From Octopus vulgaris (lineage: Eukaryota), in contig OX597820.1 of NCBI GenBank assembly GCA_951406725.2, positions 72,106,001-72,170,000 of the forward strand: a stretch of DNA of 64,000 nucleotides, written 5' to 3'. Positions 25,569 through 37,349 of this stretch are shown here, piece by piece. The translations under genes and the position numbers were made by a program. Position 1 is the first letter of the stretch; each line of letters opens with the position of its first letter. The notes below the pieces were generated by a model. That model saw only the letters and a program-made list of their open reading frames with translations, ran no database searches and was not told the DNA's origin.

Positions 25569-26341
25569 CCCTTTAGCATTCAAATTACACTGTCAAATGC
25601 AATGGTTATTCATTCACATTGTTTTAGGTATGACTATAAACTACATGTGGTAGTGGGACCCTGGGGCCCTAGTTTCAGGGTTTGAAAAGTGTGGAACCAC
25701 CTCTTAGCTACTATTGTTCCCAGGTCTACTCTGGCCCGGAATTTGTAGCACCTGTAAGGATCCCATCTTTGAGTTAACTAGCAAACTCCCCTGCAACTAG
25801 TGGGTGGTGTGAGATCGGTCGAATGCAGTCACTGTATTCCCAATGTGGCATAAGAGGCGACTAAAAGGGGCAAGAGCAAGGGGACTGGGAACTTCAAGAC
25901 TTCTTTGATTTGCTATTTCTAAATCTCACAACGTGAGATATTCAGCAACAGTACTTTGTAGTAAAGATTGCTTGCCAACATAACATGGCAGTCCTGGTTT
26001 AGGACTAATGTTACTGTAATTTAGCCCCAGGAGACATTGTGTCCAGCTGGCTTTATGACATGATCTGTGTCCTTGTATTTTTTTCCCCCTTGTTCGAAAA
26101 TATAAGGACACAGATCATGTCATATAGCCAGCTGGAGATGATGTCTCCTGGGGCTAGATTAAAGCAACATTAGTCCCAAACCAGGACTGCCATGTTATGT
26201 TGGCAAACAATCTTCTTTAATTTGATTGCTCATTTTCAGAATGACATTGTAGGAGAGGTCCAAGAGGCTGGATCTGATTGGTTTGAACATAAAACGAGTA
26301 GAATATTTCAGTCTGATGAAGCTGGTTTAAACGCTAAAGGC
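25569..26341 (+). mobile_element. piggyBac-like MITE with nested insertions
   Basis: TTAA|CCCTTTAGCATT ... AACGCTAAAGGC|TTAA; the outer parts align with the uninterrupted copy at 38958-39151. Confidence 0.75.
25964..26214. repeat. Long near-perfect inverted repeat (fold-back element)
   Basis: Arms 25964-26081 and 26097-26214 with a ~15-nt loop. Confidence 0.95.
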
Positions 26342-26380
26342 TTAAAGAATCAGATAGAATGCTTTGTGGTATTTCTTTTA

Positions 26381-26770
26381 GGTGCTAGCAAGGCTGTGTG
26401 GTCAAGAAACTTGTTTTGCAATCATGTCATTTGGGGTTCAGCCCCACTTATGAAAGTGTCTTCTATAGTCTTCAGCCATCAAATACTTTGTGAGTGAATT
26501 TTTGGATGGAAACTCTATGAAAGCTTGTCATATATATGTATATGTGTATGTATGTATTTGTATTTGTGTGTGTGTTCCCCCCCCCCTCACTCACTGTTTG
26601 ACAACCACTGTTGGTTTGCTTACATTTTCATAATGTATCGGTTCAGCAAAATACACTGTAAGAATATGTACCAGACTTTAAAAAAACCTCAAAGCACTGG
26701 GGTTGATTTGTTCAATGAAACCCTTCAAGGTGGTGTCCCAACATGGCTGCCATCAACTGAGTGAAAAGAA
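26381..26770 (+). mobile_element. Diverged SINE family A
   Basis: Colinear similarity to 4827-5268. Confidence 0.75.
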
Positions 26771-27319
26771 ATAAAAAATAAAAATCATATTAAAATTATA
26801 TTAAAATTTTGTTGTACACTCATTGAATATTAGCTAATAACTTGTATTCTATGCTGGTTTTTTAAACAAAATTCAAACTTCTTTTTTTTGTTAAATTTAC
26901 CTGTATTTTCCTGTAATTAGAGTCACTTTGAGACAAAATTTATGAAACAGATTGGGCTAAGAACCCTTTGTTAAATTGTGTTCCAAAAACCACATTAGTA
27001 TGTTGATAAATGAAATAGAGTTGTTTAAGTAAATTCGTTATTGTCCTTTATTCATTCATTTATCTGATTTTGTCACAGTTTGGCTGACCTAAAACTGTTG
27101 GTTATAGCTTTAGTTAAGAATGCATATGCCCAATTCTATCTTATTATTATTATTATTATTATTACTATCTTTTCACACCGGCAGCCTGAGTTTTTTGCTG
27201 TTTTGTGGTGCGATCACCCTTCCCACACCCACCACCTGTGCCAGAAGTGTTTATCCTCTGATCTCTATTGGATATCTTTTCCATGAACACCTCCAAAGGC
27301 TTAATGTTTCCCCCATCCC

Positions 27320-27685
27320 TTGTTAGGGTTCATCTCCTTTGTATTGTAGTGATTATGTAGCACATAAAATGATGGTGTAGTGTATGCAGGTTGAAGGCTA
27401 TTGGATGTTTATGAGTTCTGCCAAATACAAGCTTTCTTTTCAGGTACATAATACTGCTGTCCCCCATCTCAGAGTCTCAAGGGTCCACACCTTCCACACC
27501 CTCAGAGTTGGCACACTTAATGTTGGCACATTGAAAGGTAGGTCTGGTGAGACTGTTGAGATGCATGAGCGGAGACGTGTAGATTGGAGCCTGGTGCTGC
27601 CTTCTGGCTTGCCAGCCCTCAATCATACCTTCAACCCATGCTGCATGAAAAGCAGACATTAAACAACAACGATGATGATGATAAT
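27320..27685 (+). mobile_element. Internally deleted RTE element
   Basis: AP endonuclease N-terminus LRVGTLNVGTLKGRSGETVEMHERRRVD joined directly to the family 3' terminus tggagcctggtgc..cattaaac(GAT)n. Confidence 0.75.
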
Positions 27686-28090
27686 GATATACAGTTACCA
27701 TAAAATATAAGTTATGGAGTTGGTTTGTTTGACTAAAAAGCCCTTCAATGGGATGCTCCAGCATGGTAGCAGTCCAATGAATGAAACATGGAAAAGATAA
27801 AAGATGAATTATGAGAGAAAAGGAGGAAAGAATTTTGATATAATGTTCTCGTCTCTACCAGACATACTGTGTGTATGTGTGTGTGTAGCAAAGCTGTCAT
27901 TTTTTTCTTTTTGCATAGTTGTTGATGTCTGTTTTTAGTTTGTTTTGCTTTTTTTCCTGTAACTTGAGGTGAGGAAATGAAGGATATATTTCATATCAGT
28001 GCTAAGATAGCAGGTTATAGGTATGTATCGGCATACTTTGAAAAGAGGAATTTCATTGTTTTTTTCCCTCGTATTTTTTCTTTAATATCT

Positions 28091-28560
<470 letters not shown>

Positions 28561-28564
28561 TGTA

Positions 28565-28860
28565 TGTAAGGGTTGTACTGAAAGACATGCAAAAGTAGGC
28601 ACAATTAACGGTCAGCAGTTGTCCAAATAATTCTTCCTCAGTTCACTGCATCACAGCAGTTTCATTTCATCTCTGGCATGAAATCATTGTCCTCAAAGCC
28701 GTTTGTCGGATCAAACAGGTGGAAATTGGAGGGCACCAGATGGGGACTGTACAGCAGATAGGGAACCACTGGTCTGGTCAATTTACTAATAACCTTATTT
28801 GTGGCTAAAGGTTTGTCTGGTCATGTGATGCTTTGGTGGATGTGGATCCATTTCAGATTA
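28565..28860 (-). mobile_element. Mariner transposase C-terminal remnant
   Basis: Minus strand YSPHLVPSNFHLF resembles YSPDLAPSDFHLF; terminus tgtaagggttgtactgaaag is mariner TIR-like. Confidence 0.65.
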
Positions 28861-30044
28861 TTGTTTGATCTTTTTCTCCTAGTGGCTTCTTTAAGCTTTT
28901 GTACTGGATTTCCAGTTTTTCATTGATGCTTACATCTTCAGCTAATATATACAGATAAAAGACAAACATATATGTAAATTCAACCATACCTACATATCTG
29001 AATACATATGCATCTGCAAATATTATTTTTCCTCGATGTACTCTTGCTGTTCCCAATACATAAGCTAGCTTTTGCAAAAGGGAAAAAAAATAGAACTAAC
29101 TAAATAAAATTATAACATATGTGTTCTTTATTAGATATGAAAATACATAAATGACTGAAGAATGTAGGATTTGATGCCAAAATATGAAATAAACAATTGA
29201 CTGTATATATGACAGATTGGAAATTAGTTTGAGAGAGATCTTCAAAACAACATCAATCTTTTGCCAAATTGTCACACACCAATTATGATTTTTAAAAATT
29301 TAACCACTGTTTGATGTATGCAAATTGGCAACTTATGCATTCACACGCATATATATGCATACACACCCATATATTTATGTATTCATGTCACCATCCGTCA
29401 CATGTTTCCAAATGAGATTATGCTTCTCATGGCCAGACATATTTACAGTGATTCTGCTACTATTTCAACTGCCAATTGAAATAGTTGCAGAATCACTATA
29501 GATATTTTTGGTCCGTGGATTTTAAACTATGTTAAAGCATTCTGAATGTCCTATACTTTGAAGTTCATGAATTCATACGATGAAAACAGTTTCTTACAAT
29601 GATGTAATGTTTTCATTAATCAGTTAAAGGAGTCATTAGAAATGGCTGTAATGGATTGACACCTGTACCTCCACTGTTACTCATTTGTATTTTAGCAATC
29701 TAGCTATCTATCTAATGTGTGTGTGTGTGTGTGTGTATTTGTATATATGAATTTATGTATGTATATGTATGCAGGCAGATATATATATATATATCGAGAG
29801 AGAGAGAGAGAGAGAGAGAGATACAGATGCACTTATGCATACAAACATGGAATGCCTGATTAAACATATGTGTTAAAAGGTATATTCTTCATGGAACTAT
29901 TTCTTGAAAAGTAGGGATTCCTGAACAATATGCTGATGCAAATTTTGTATTGAAAAGAAAAATGGCCATTGCAAACCAAAACATTGGAAACCCTTAAAAA
30001 TAGATCTTCTAAACAAGATAAAGAGTAAAAATAAAAATAAAAAT

Positions 30045-30495
30045 TATGTATGCTGTTTGTATTAGTCAGACTAATGTCCTCACCCTGATTGTTGATTTCA
30101 CTAGGTTTTGGCTATTGTATGCTCCAACTTTCTTCAGATGTCTTATGTTGAACTTGGTTGTTGTATTGGAATTTTGAATCTAACTTTTTATACACTGTTC
30201 TCATTCTGCTCTCTGTGTTTCATGACACTTTTTGCTTCAGTTGATTTTTGGTGAATTACTTTAGTGTCTTGCCTGGGAAGGAAAATCATCTGAAGCAAAA
30301 AAAATACAGAAAGTGGAATGAGAACTGTGTACCCCCATGGATCAAATAAAAGGTTAGGTTCAAAATTCCGATACAGCAACTGAGTTCAACAGAAGACACC
30401 TGAAGAAGGCTAGAGTATACAACAGTTGAAATGTAGTGAAATCAACAATCGAGATGAAAACACCAATCCAACTAATATAAATAGCAGACATAATA
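30045..30495. mobile_element. Divergent inverted pair of pLTR-like ends with decayed hammerhead motifs
   Basis: Arms of about 30045-30190 and 30346-30495 are reverse-complementary; each carries acaYCTGAAGAA..(G/A)AAA. Confidence 0.7.
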
Positions 30496-30671
30496 TAAAT
30501 TCTTCATCTCACAAATATAAAACTGTATTAAAAATTGTATTAGTACCTTTCAAGATACTTTGCTTAAAAATCCCTAGTAAACCAGATATTCCATTAGATA
30601 GGGTAAAAATCTTTTATGAAGTTGTTAAAAGTATGTACATGTAAGCTTTTCCAGCAATATCACAAAAAAAA

Positions 30672-30812
30672 GCATTACACACGCAAGCATGTATCTGACT
30701 TATACACTGTTCACTTTCCAGACATTTGTACATTACTGCATATGCTTTACACGTACTTTTGACAAGTTGTGGTGCACCTGAGCACTGTATACAATAATTT
30801 CATTATTATTAT
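30672..30812 (+). mobile_element. Unclassified LINE-like 3' tail
   Basis: Ends ggtgcacctgagcactgtatacaataatttc(ATT)n; classification is from recollection only. Confidence 0.4.
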
Positions 30813-30819
30813 GTATTAA

Positions 30820-31790
30820 CAAGGAAATAGAAAAATTGGTCTGAATTTTTTAAATAGGTTTATTGAAAAGAATATTTAATTTTCTTCCCTTTGCATTAGT
30901 TTTAAAAAACTAAAACCCAAATTTAATGTAACTGACTCTTAATGCAGACTCATTAATGTTAATAAGACTGTGCTTAAAGGTTATCAAATATATACTAGAT
31001 TCAATCAGTGGTAGCATTGTGAAGGCCAATATCCTTTCTTGTCTGAAGTAATACTTCTTTAGTAACTGGTTGTTTTGATAATATACATGCTAGACATAGC
31101 TGTAAATTTATATTCGACATTGTGGAATATTACCTATACATCACTGAATTTCCCTTAATGAAAGTGCTATATTTCAGCCAGAGGTTTACCACCTGTAGGG
31201 ATTTGGATATCAATGTTATTATGCAGGGTAGAAAATATCTTCTTTCATTCATGTCTCATCCTATGTCTGACAGAGTGGCATGGAGTTATGTCCCTATGAG
31301 TTATTGGAGCCAAACTTTCTAGCTAATTGGTATTTTTATTTTAGACACCTATGAATTAAATTTAGTTCTAAAGAATTAAATATGTATAAACATGATGGAC
31401 TAATTTTAACATAGTTTAGTTAATTTCTTCAACATTAATTTTAACCCAATTTTAGACACTTATAATCCATTTATAAAATCTAGATAAAAATGGTGGCATA
31501 TGCACAAATAATCATCTTCCTGCTATTTGGAGGAATTTCTCTGATAATATCAACAAGAGAATTTCCAGTACATCTTCTGATAAAGAGATATTCAATCATT
31601 CTACAGAATTTATAATGAGGCTTTAGGTTGATCAAGTAATTCTAATGCAATAATACTAGAAAAGAAAGTTGTAGGCTATAATCCACTGCTTAATTTGATA
31701 TCATCTCTAATATTACCTGCTCTTTCTTGCATTAATAAACATGTATTTTCCTACTAAGGTTTCATAAGATTTTAATTGGATTAGTATTAT
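30820..31790 (+). mobile_element. Decayed Penelope-like (Naiad-type) reverse transcriptase
   Basis: Frameshifted remnants CRLIN..SKYILD, FDNIHARHSCKFIFDIVEYY, KHDGL (YRDDGL-like), NHLPAIWRNFSDNINKRISSTSSDKEIFN and YNP. Confidence 0.75.
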
Positions 31791-33191
31791 GATGAAATAC
31801 AATTGTATTATATTGATAATGAAGATAAAAGAGGTACAACACTCTCTAACTACGTCTGGAATTTGAAAGATAATGGCAATCTTAGTTACAGTACTGATTG
31901 GATGGCTAATCCACACAATGTATCAGTGGTTTCAAATGTTCTCTATCTGAGATATTCAACATCTTGATACAACCACCATATCTATTGAATTGAAAAGTAC
32001 AATCATTTTCTTTCTGTCCTTATCAAAGGAAGTTTATTCTATGAGCATTTCCACTGCCTATGTATTAATGTTCATTATGTTAAGAACCTGTGACATGTCC
32101 TTCCATACTTGTTTCAGTTTTTGACTGTTTATCTTTTGTCCATTTGTCTTTTAGGACATGGCTTTTGTATGCCCCTCATCTTCCCTTATCTAATATACAC
32201 ATCCCTTACAGATATCCTTTAATGAAAGAAGGAACGATACAAGATATCATTCCTTTTTTGTGATATTTATTGTTAAAGGAACCCACACATCTATGAATTT
32301 GCATAGCACCTGTCAAGTGTTTTAAATAAAAGCTAAACTTGATAATAAGTTATAGAGCTCATTTGTAGAAAGCACTTACAGTGAGAACTATTGAATGGAA
32401 AGGTCATCTGTTGTTACAAAAGTTTTAATGTACAACTGTGACTGAAGTCATCTCACCACTGAGCTTGTTGCATAATGTCACCTGGCAACATTTTATGCAC
32501 CAATGTTGATATATGTGTGTGTGTGTATGTTTGATATTTGTGTTTGTGTACTTAACAAGCACAAACTTGCTATTTAGAGACCAGGTATTGATATTTTCTT
32601 TCTAAGTACCTAGACTTTGTTTTTATGTGTCTTTCTGTTTTTGCCTAAGACAAACAAATTGGTCACCAGGCATGACTTCATAAAATAAATTTTCAAAAAT
32701 TCCTCACCAACCACCAAACAAAATATTACAAAGCTTTGATTGAAAGAAAGTGAAAGTGCCATGTTAAACTCAAAGATCTCCAAACTAGTGTGTTTACTTC
32801 CTTTTTATTTATTTATTTATTTATTTATTCATTTGTTTGTTTATTTATTTTGTTAAATTCTCTGTTGTATGCAGATGACTTCCTCAGTCAACTGGCTGTC
32901 ATGCTACTTTGGTTCTATTATTTTTCCTGCAAACTTCCTAAGACCAAATGAAGAGTGGAGTGACAGACAAACAAATAAAAAAGAATGGGAAATATACAGA
33001 ACACCAGAAAGTGAGGGAGTGTACAGAGTAGCTTTGCTTATTGAAAATGCTGCGTTGGAAGGCTGGTTAGGCATCCCTTATGATAAACATTACATATCTA
33101 ACTGTAATAACAAAACCAAGAGTGAGCATCTGGAACAGGTCCCTCAATAGTAATAATAATAATGATAATGATGGTAATAATAATAATAATC

Positions 33192-33227
<36 letters not shown>

Positions 33228-33925
33228 GCATGCTCTAAGAACAAACTACATAAGATACAGAATAGACAACACAGCAGAAAGTGATAAGTGCAGAATCTGT
33301 GGACAAAATGTGAAACCGTATGGCATATTACCAGCCAATGTATGCCACTAGCCCAGAAGAAATATAAGAGAGGTCATGACAGTATAGCCAGGCTTGTCCA
33401 TTGGACACTTTGCAACAAGTATGGACTTGACAGACCAAAATATTAGTATGACCACAAACCTGAAGGCATCGTCAAAAATAGAAATGTAAAGATTTTATGG
33501 GATTTTATGATTCAGTGCAATCATGAGATAGAGAATAGGAAGCCATATATATAGTCTTAATTGAGAATGAAAACAAACTATGCTGGATCATAGATATAGT
33601 ATGCCCAGCTGACAACAATGTATGTGATAAGGAAGAAAGAAAAGTCGAGGTTAGCCTGGGAAGTTAAGCAGTTGTGGTCGAGGAAAAAGTTAGCAGTAGT
33701 ACCAATAATTGTTGGAGCCCTGGGAACAGTGAGCAAAAATCTTGAGAAGTACATGGAACAAATAGGGGCTGCAATAAGGGCGGAGCACTTGCAGAAAACA
33801 GCACTGCTTGGAACCGCTCGAATACTTCGGAAGGTGCTCGAAAAATAAGAGGTGTTACCTTAGTTCACTGGTAGTGAACAGCTGACACCGTAGTACATCT
33901 CCAGCGTTAGAAGCTGTGCAAAGGC
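33228..33925 (+). mobile_element. 5'-truncated R4/Dong-clade retrotransposon (zinc knuckle plus restriction-like endonuclease) in (TAA)n
   Basis: CRICGQN-ETVWHITSQC, RGHDSIA, KILWDFMIQCNHEIENRKP, VVPIIVGALG, LQKTALLGTARILRKVLEK*; TAA repeats on both sides. Confidence 0.9.
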
Positions 33926-33954
33926 AATAATGATAATAATAATAATAATAATAA

Positions 33955-34405
33955 GCCTTTCTATTATAGGCACAATGCTTGAATTTTGCTGGAAGGGGAC
34001 TAATCGATTACATCAACCCTAGTGTTTCACTGGTACTTATTTTATCGACCCCGAAAGGATGAAAGGCAAAGTTGACCTCAGTGGGATTTGGACTCAGAAC
34101 ATAGCAACAGGTGAAATACTGCTAAGCATTTTGTCCAGCGTACTAATGATTCTGCCAACTCGCTGCCTTAATGATAATAATGATAATAATAATCCTTTCT
34201 ATTATAGGCACAAGGCCTGAAATTTGGGGGTGAGGATAGGTGATTACATCGACCCCAGTACTCAACTGGCACTTAATTTATCGACCCTGAAATGATGAAA
34301 AGTAAAGTCGACCTCAGCAGAATTTAAACTCAGAACATAGTGGTGGGCAAAATACTGCTAAGCATTTTGCCCAGCGTGCTAGCAATTCTGCCAGCTTGTT
34401 GCCTT
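33955..34405 (-). mobile_element. Two tandem SINE family B copies
   Basis: Copies at 33955-34170 and 34192-34405; further decayed copies extend to 34905. Confidence 0.9.
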
Positions 34406-34407
34406 AG

Positions 34408-34540
34408 GAATGAGAACCCTGATTTGAAATTTCCCCAAGACACCTGATGAAGGCTGGAGGGTATATCAGCCAAAACGATATGTTAACAACAAATAAGATA
34501 AGGACAAATATCTGTCAAATGTAAATAATGTAAATAATAA
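34408..34540 (+). mobile_element. pLTR-like fragment with mutated minimal hammerhead
   Basis: acacCTGATGAA-GGCTG..CAGCC-AAAACGATATGT; similar to 30382-30495. Confidence 0.6.
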
Positions 34541-34908
34541 TCCTTATTTTGATTTTTAAAAAAAAGAGAAATTTTAAGTGGAGGGGGAGTCCATTGCACT
34601 GACACCCTTCCCCCTGTGTTCAAATGGTACTTCTTTTTTCGACCCTGAAATGATGAAAGGTAAATTTGCATAATAATAATATTAATAATAATAATAATAA
34701 TTCTTTCTACTTTGGGCACAAGGCCTGAACATTGGGAAAAGAGGATAGCCAATTACATCAACAGCAGTGCTCAACAAGTAATTACAGACCTTAAAAGAAA
34801 GAAAAATGAAGTCAACCTTGAATTTGATCTCATAAAGTGAAATAGGAAGAAATACTATAAAGTGTTTTTTCTGGCATGCTAATGATTCTGCAAATTCACC
34901 ACCTTTAT

Positions 34909-34912
34909 AATA

Positions 34913-34968
<56 letters not shown>

Positions 34969-35041
34969 GGTGGTGGTGGTGGTGGTGGTGGTGGTGGTGG
35001 TGGTGGTGGTGGTGGTGGTGGTGGTGGTGACGACGACGATG

Positions 35042-35078
<37 letters not shown>

Positions 35079-35143
35079 CAACAATAATAACAATAATAAT
35101 AATAATAAAAACAACAACAACAACAATAATAATAATAATAATA
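34909..35143. repeat. Compound trinucleotide tract (GAT)(GGT)(GAC)(AAT)(AAC)
   Basis: Direct reading. Confidence 0.95.
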
Positions 35144-35144
35144 A

Positions 35145-35661
35145 ATGCCCTGGTGCAGTACCAGGCAGTGGCTTTCATGGCTTTTGATCTTAACTGACTG
35201 GAAGTTTTAACAAGTTTTGTGTTGGTATAAAATATAGGCTACAGCAAATATTCTGCTCAATACAACAGATTTGTTTGTTAGTTGCTTGACCCTAACCAGT
35301 TGGCTCATGATATGTGCACTTCTGATCATGAGCAGAAGTAGTGGGGGAGCATCATAGCCATGTGTTGAGAGGAATTCTTTGGGGTTTGAATAATTCACCT
35401 CTGGAAACATGGGTCGTTTGTTCATCATCTTTAAACAACTCTTATTTGGGAATTCTTTGAGCAGGATGGGCTACTCCTTGAAGAAAATTCGAACTGGGCC
35501 CCATCTACTAATTCATTTGCTGTTTATCTTGATATAAGGTCACCATGTCGTGCACATATTGTTGTGATGCATACAGCTAGTGTACCTTTATCAGATGGGT
35601 ATATTGGGCTTCATATATATGTACCCCAACATCACTTTGATGACACATGCTGCTCTCATTC
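35145..35661 (+). mobile_element. Non-coding ~520-bp interspersed repeat embedded in (TAA)n, copy 1
   Basis: Colinear with 50587-51112; strand inferred from the shared right end. Confidence 0.8.
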
Positions 35662-35916
35662 AATAATGATAATAGTCTTTTCTACTAAAGGCACAAAGTC
35701 TGAAATTTTATGGGAGTGGCTTAGTCAATGGTTTAATACTTCTGGATTATAAGCTGGGTCTTGATCAATCCTGGCAATGTTGACTAGACAAGGCAAGTTG
35801 GGGGATTGACATTGACCCCAGAGACAACATTGATAATGCAACTCATAGCATCTGTAAGCTGTGTCTTGGAACTATGACCAGACTTTAACTTTAGTAATTT
35901 GATACTTTACTACACT

Positions 35917-36330
35917 AAGGCAATGAGCTAGCAGAAATGTTAGCATGCTGGGCAAAAAGCTTAGCGGTATTTCGTCTGTTGCTACGTTCTAAGTTCAAAT
36001 TCCACTGAGGTCAATTTAGCCTTTCATCCTTTCGGGGTCGATTAAATAAGTACCAGTTATGCACTGAGGTTGATATAATCGACTTAATCCGTTTGTCTGT
36101 CCTTGTTTGTCCCTTCTTTGTTTAGCCCCTTGTGGGTAGTAAAGAAATAAAAAATGTTAGCACACTGGGTGAAATGTTTAACGCTATTTTGTCTGTCTTT
36201 ATATTCTGAGTTTAAATTCCACCAAAGTTGATTTTGTCTTACATCCTTTAGGGGTCGATAAATTAAGTACCAGTTGTGTACTGGGGTTAATCTAATCCAC
36301 TGGCCCCCACTCCCCAAATTTCAGGCCTTA
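35917..36330 (+). mobile_element. Two tandem SINE family B copies; the first has a long 3' tail
   Basis: Copies at 35917-36150 and 36155-36330. Confidence 0.9.
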
Positions 36331-36587
36331 CTGCTCTATACTTTGGAGTGTGCTTCTTATTCAGATATATGATATATTGACAATCAATCCACGACCTGGA
36401 CATAGAGTGTTTTATGAAGGCCAACACATGGTCTGCATTTAATAGCTTCACTGACGCCTGCGCTTTTACATATTATCAATTGCCACTACAAATCAGAGAA
36501 TATAAAACGTTACGATATTGATTATTATGGCCGTTTGACCAATTGACCGTAACATTTTCCTGCCTCCAAGAAGTGAAGGGTTAAACT

Positions 36588-36666
36588 TGTCTTTGTATAG
36601 AGTCTGATGAGCTGTCCACAAGTCTTTTGTGGATGCGAAACCACTGGTCACTGTATGACCAGACAT
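36588..36666 (+). ncRNA. Canonical type I hammerhead ribozyme
   Basis: Stem I AGT/ACT extended by TATA/TATG and distal TGTCT/AGACA; CTGATGA at 36604-36610; stem II GC(T)GTCCACAAG/TTTGTGGATGC; GAAA at 36637-36640; stem III ACC/GGT; GTC cleavage triplet ending at 36649. Confidence 0.85.
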
Positions 36667-36737
36667 TAACTTTAATGATTTAATAATATATAGATAGATA
36701 AATAAATAATTAAATATATGTAGGTCTGTGTGTGTAC

Positions 36738-36923
36738 TCTATTTGTGTATTAAGGCTACCATTGGTTTCATGTTAAGAAAATATCTTAATATCTTAACAA
36801 TTTTTCAAGCTGATCATGTGGAGAAAGGTGTGTGTCTCCATTTTGGATTAACAGAAAATTTTTAAGATATTAAGATATTTTCTTAAACTGAAACCAACGG
36901 TAGCCTCAATACACAAATAAAGA
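36738..36923. repeat. Fold-back inverted repeat
   Basis: Arms of about 36738-36805 and 36854-36923. Confidence 0.9.
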
Positions 36924-37030
36924 ATTTTTGTCCTCCAATGCGGTATTGAGCACTCATTCTCATTGTTCAACATTTATGTAACTAGGTAGGTAGGTAGGTA
37001 TAAAGACAGCTAGACAGACAAATAGATAGA

Positions 37031-37272
37031 TATGTTTCTTTATTAGCCACACAGGGCTGCACACAGACAGGACAAAATTACAAGGTAGAGCTTTTCTTTT
37101 GGGGGTAAAAGAAGGGGGTTTGGTTTTTGATCAAAAGGGATCGTAAATGGAAAGAAAGAGGACAAAAAAAGGGGGGGGGGGATAAAATAAAATTTAAAAA
37201 AAAAGGGGGGGGAATTTGATCAATAGGGATCGTTATCACAGAAATGTCAATATGAAGTGTAAAGGGGAGGAC
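37031..37272 (-). mobile_element. Tx1-like 3' UTR inserted in (GATA)n
   Basis: Minus strand ends gccctgtgtggctaataaagaaac, like the Tx1 end at 22680-22706; GATA repeats on both sides. Confidence 0.6.
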
Positions 37273-37349
<77 letters not shown>

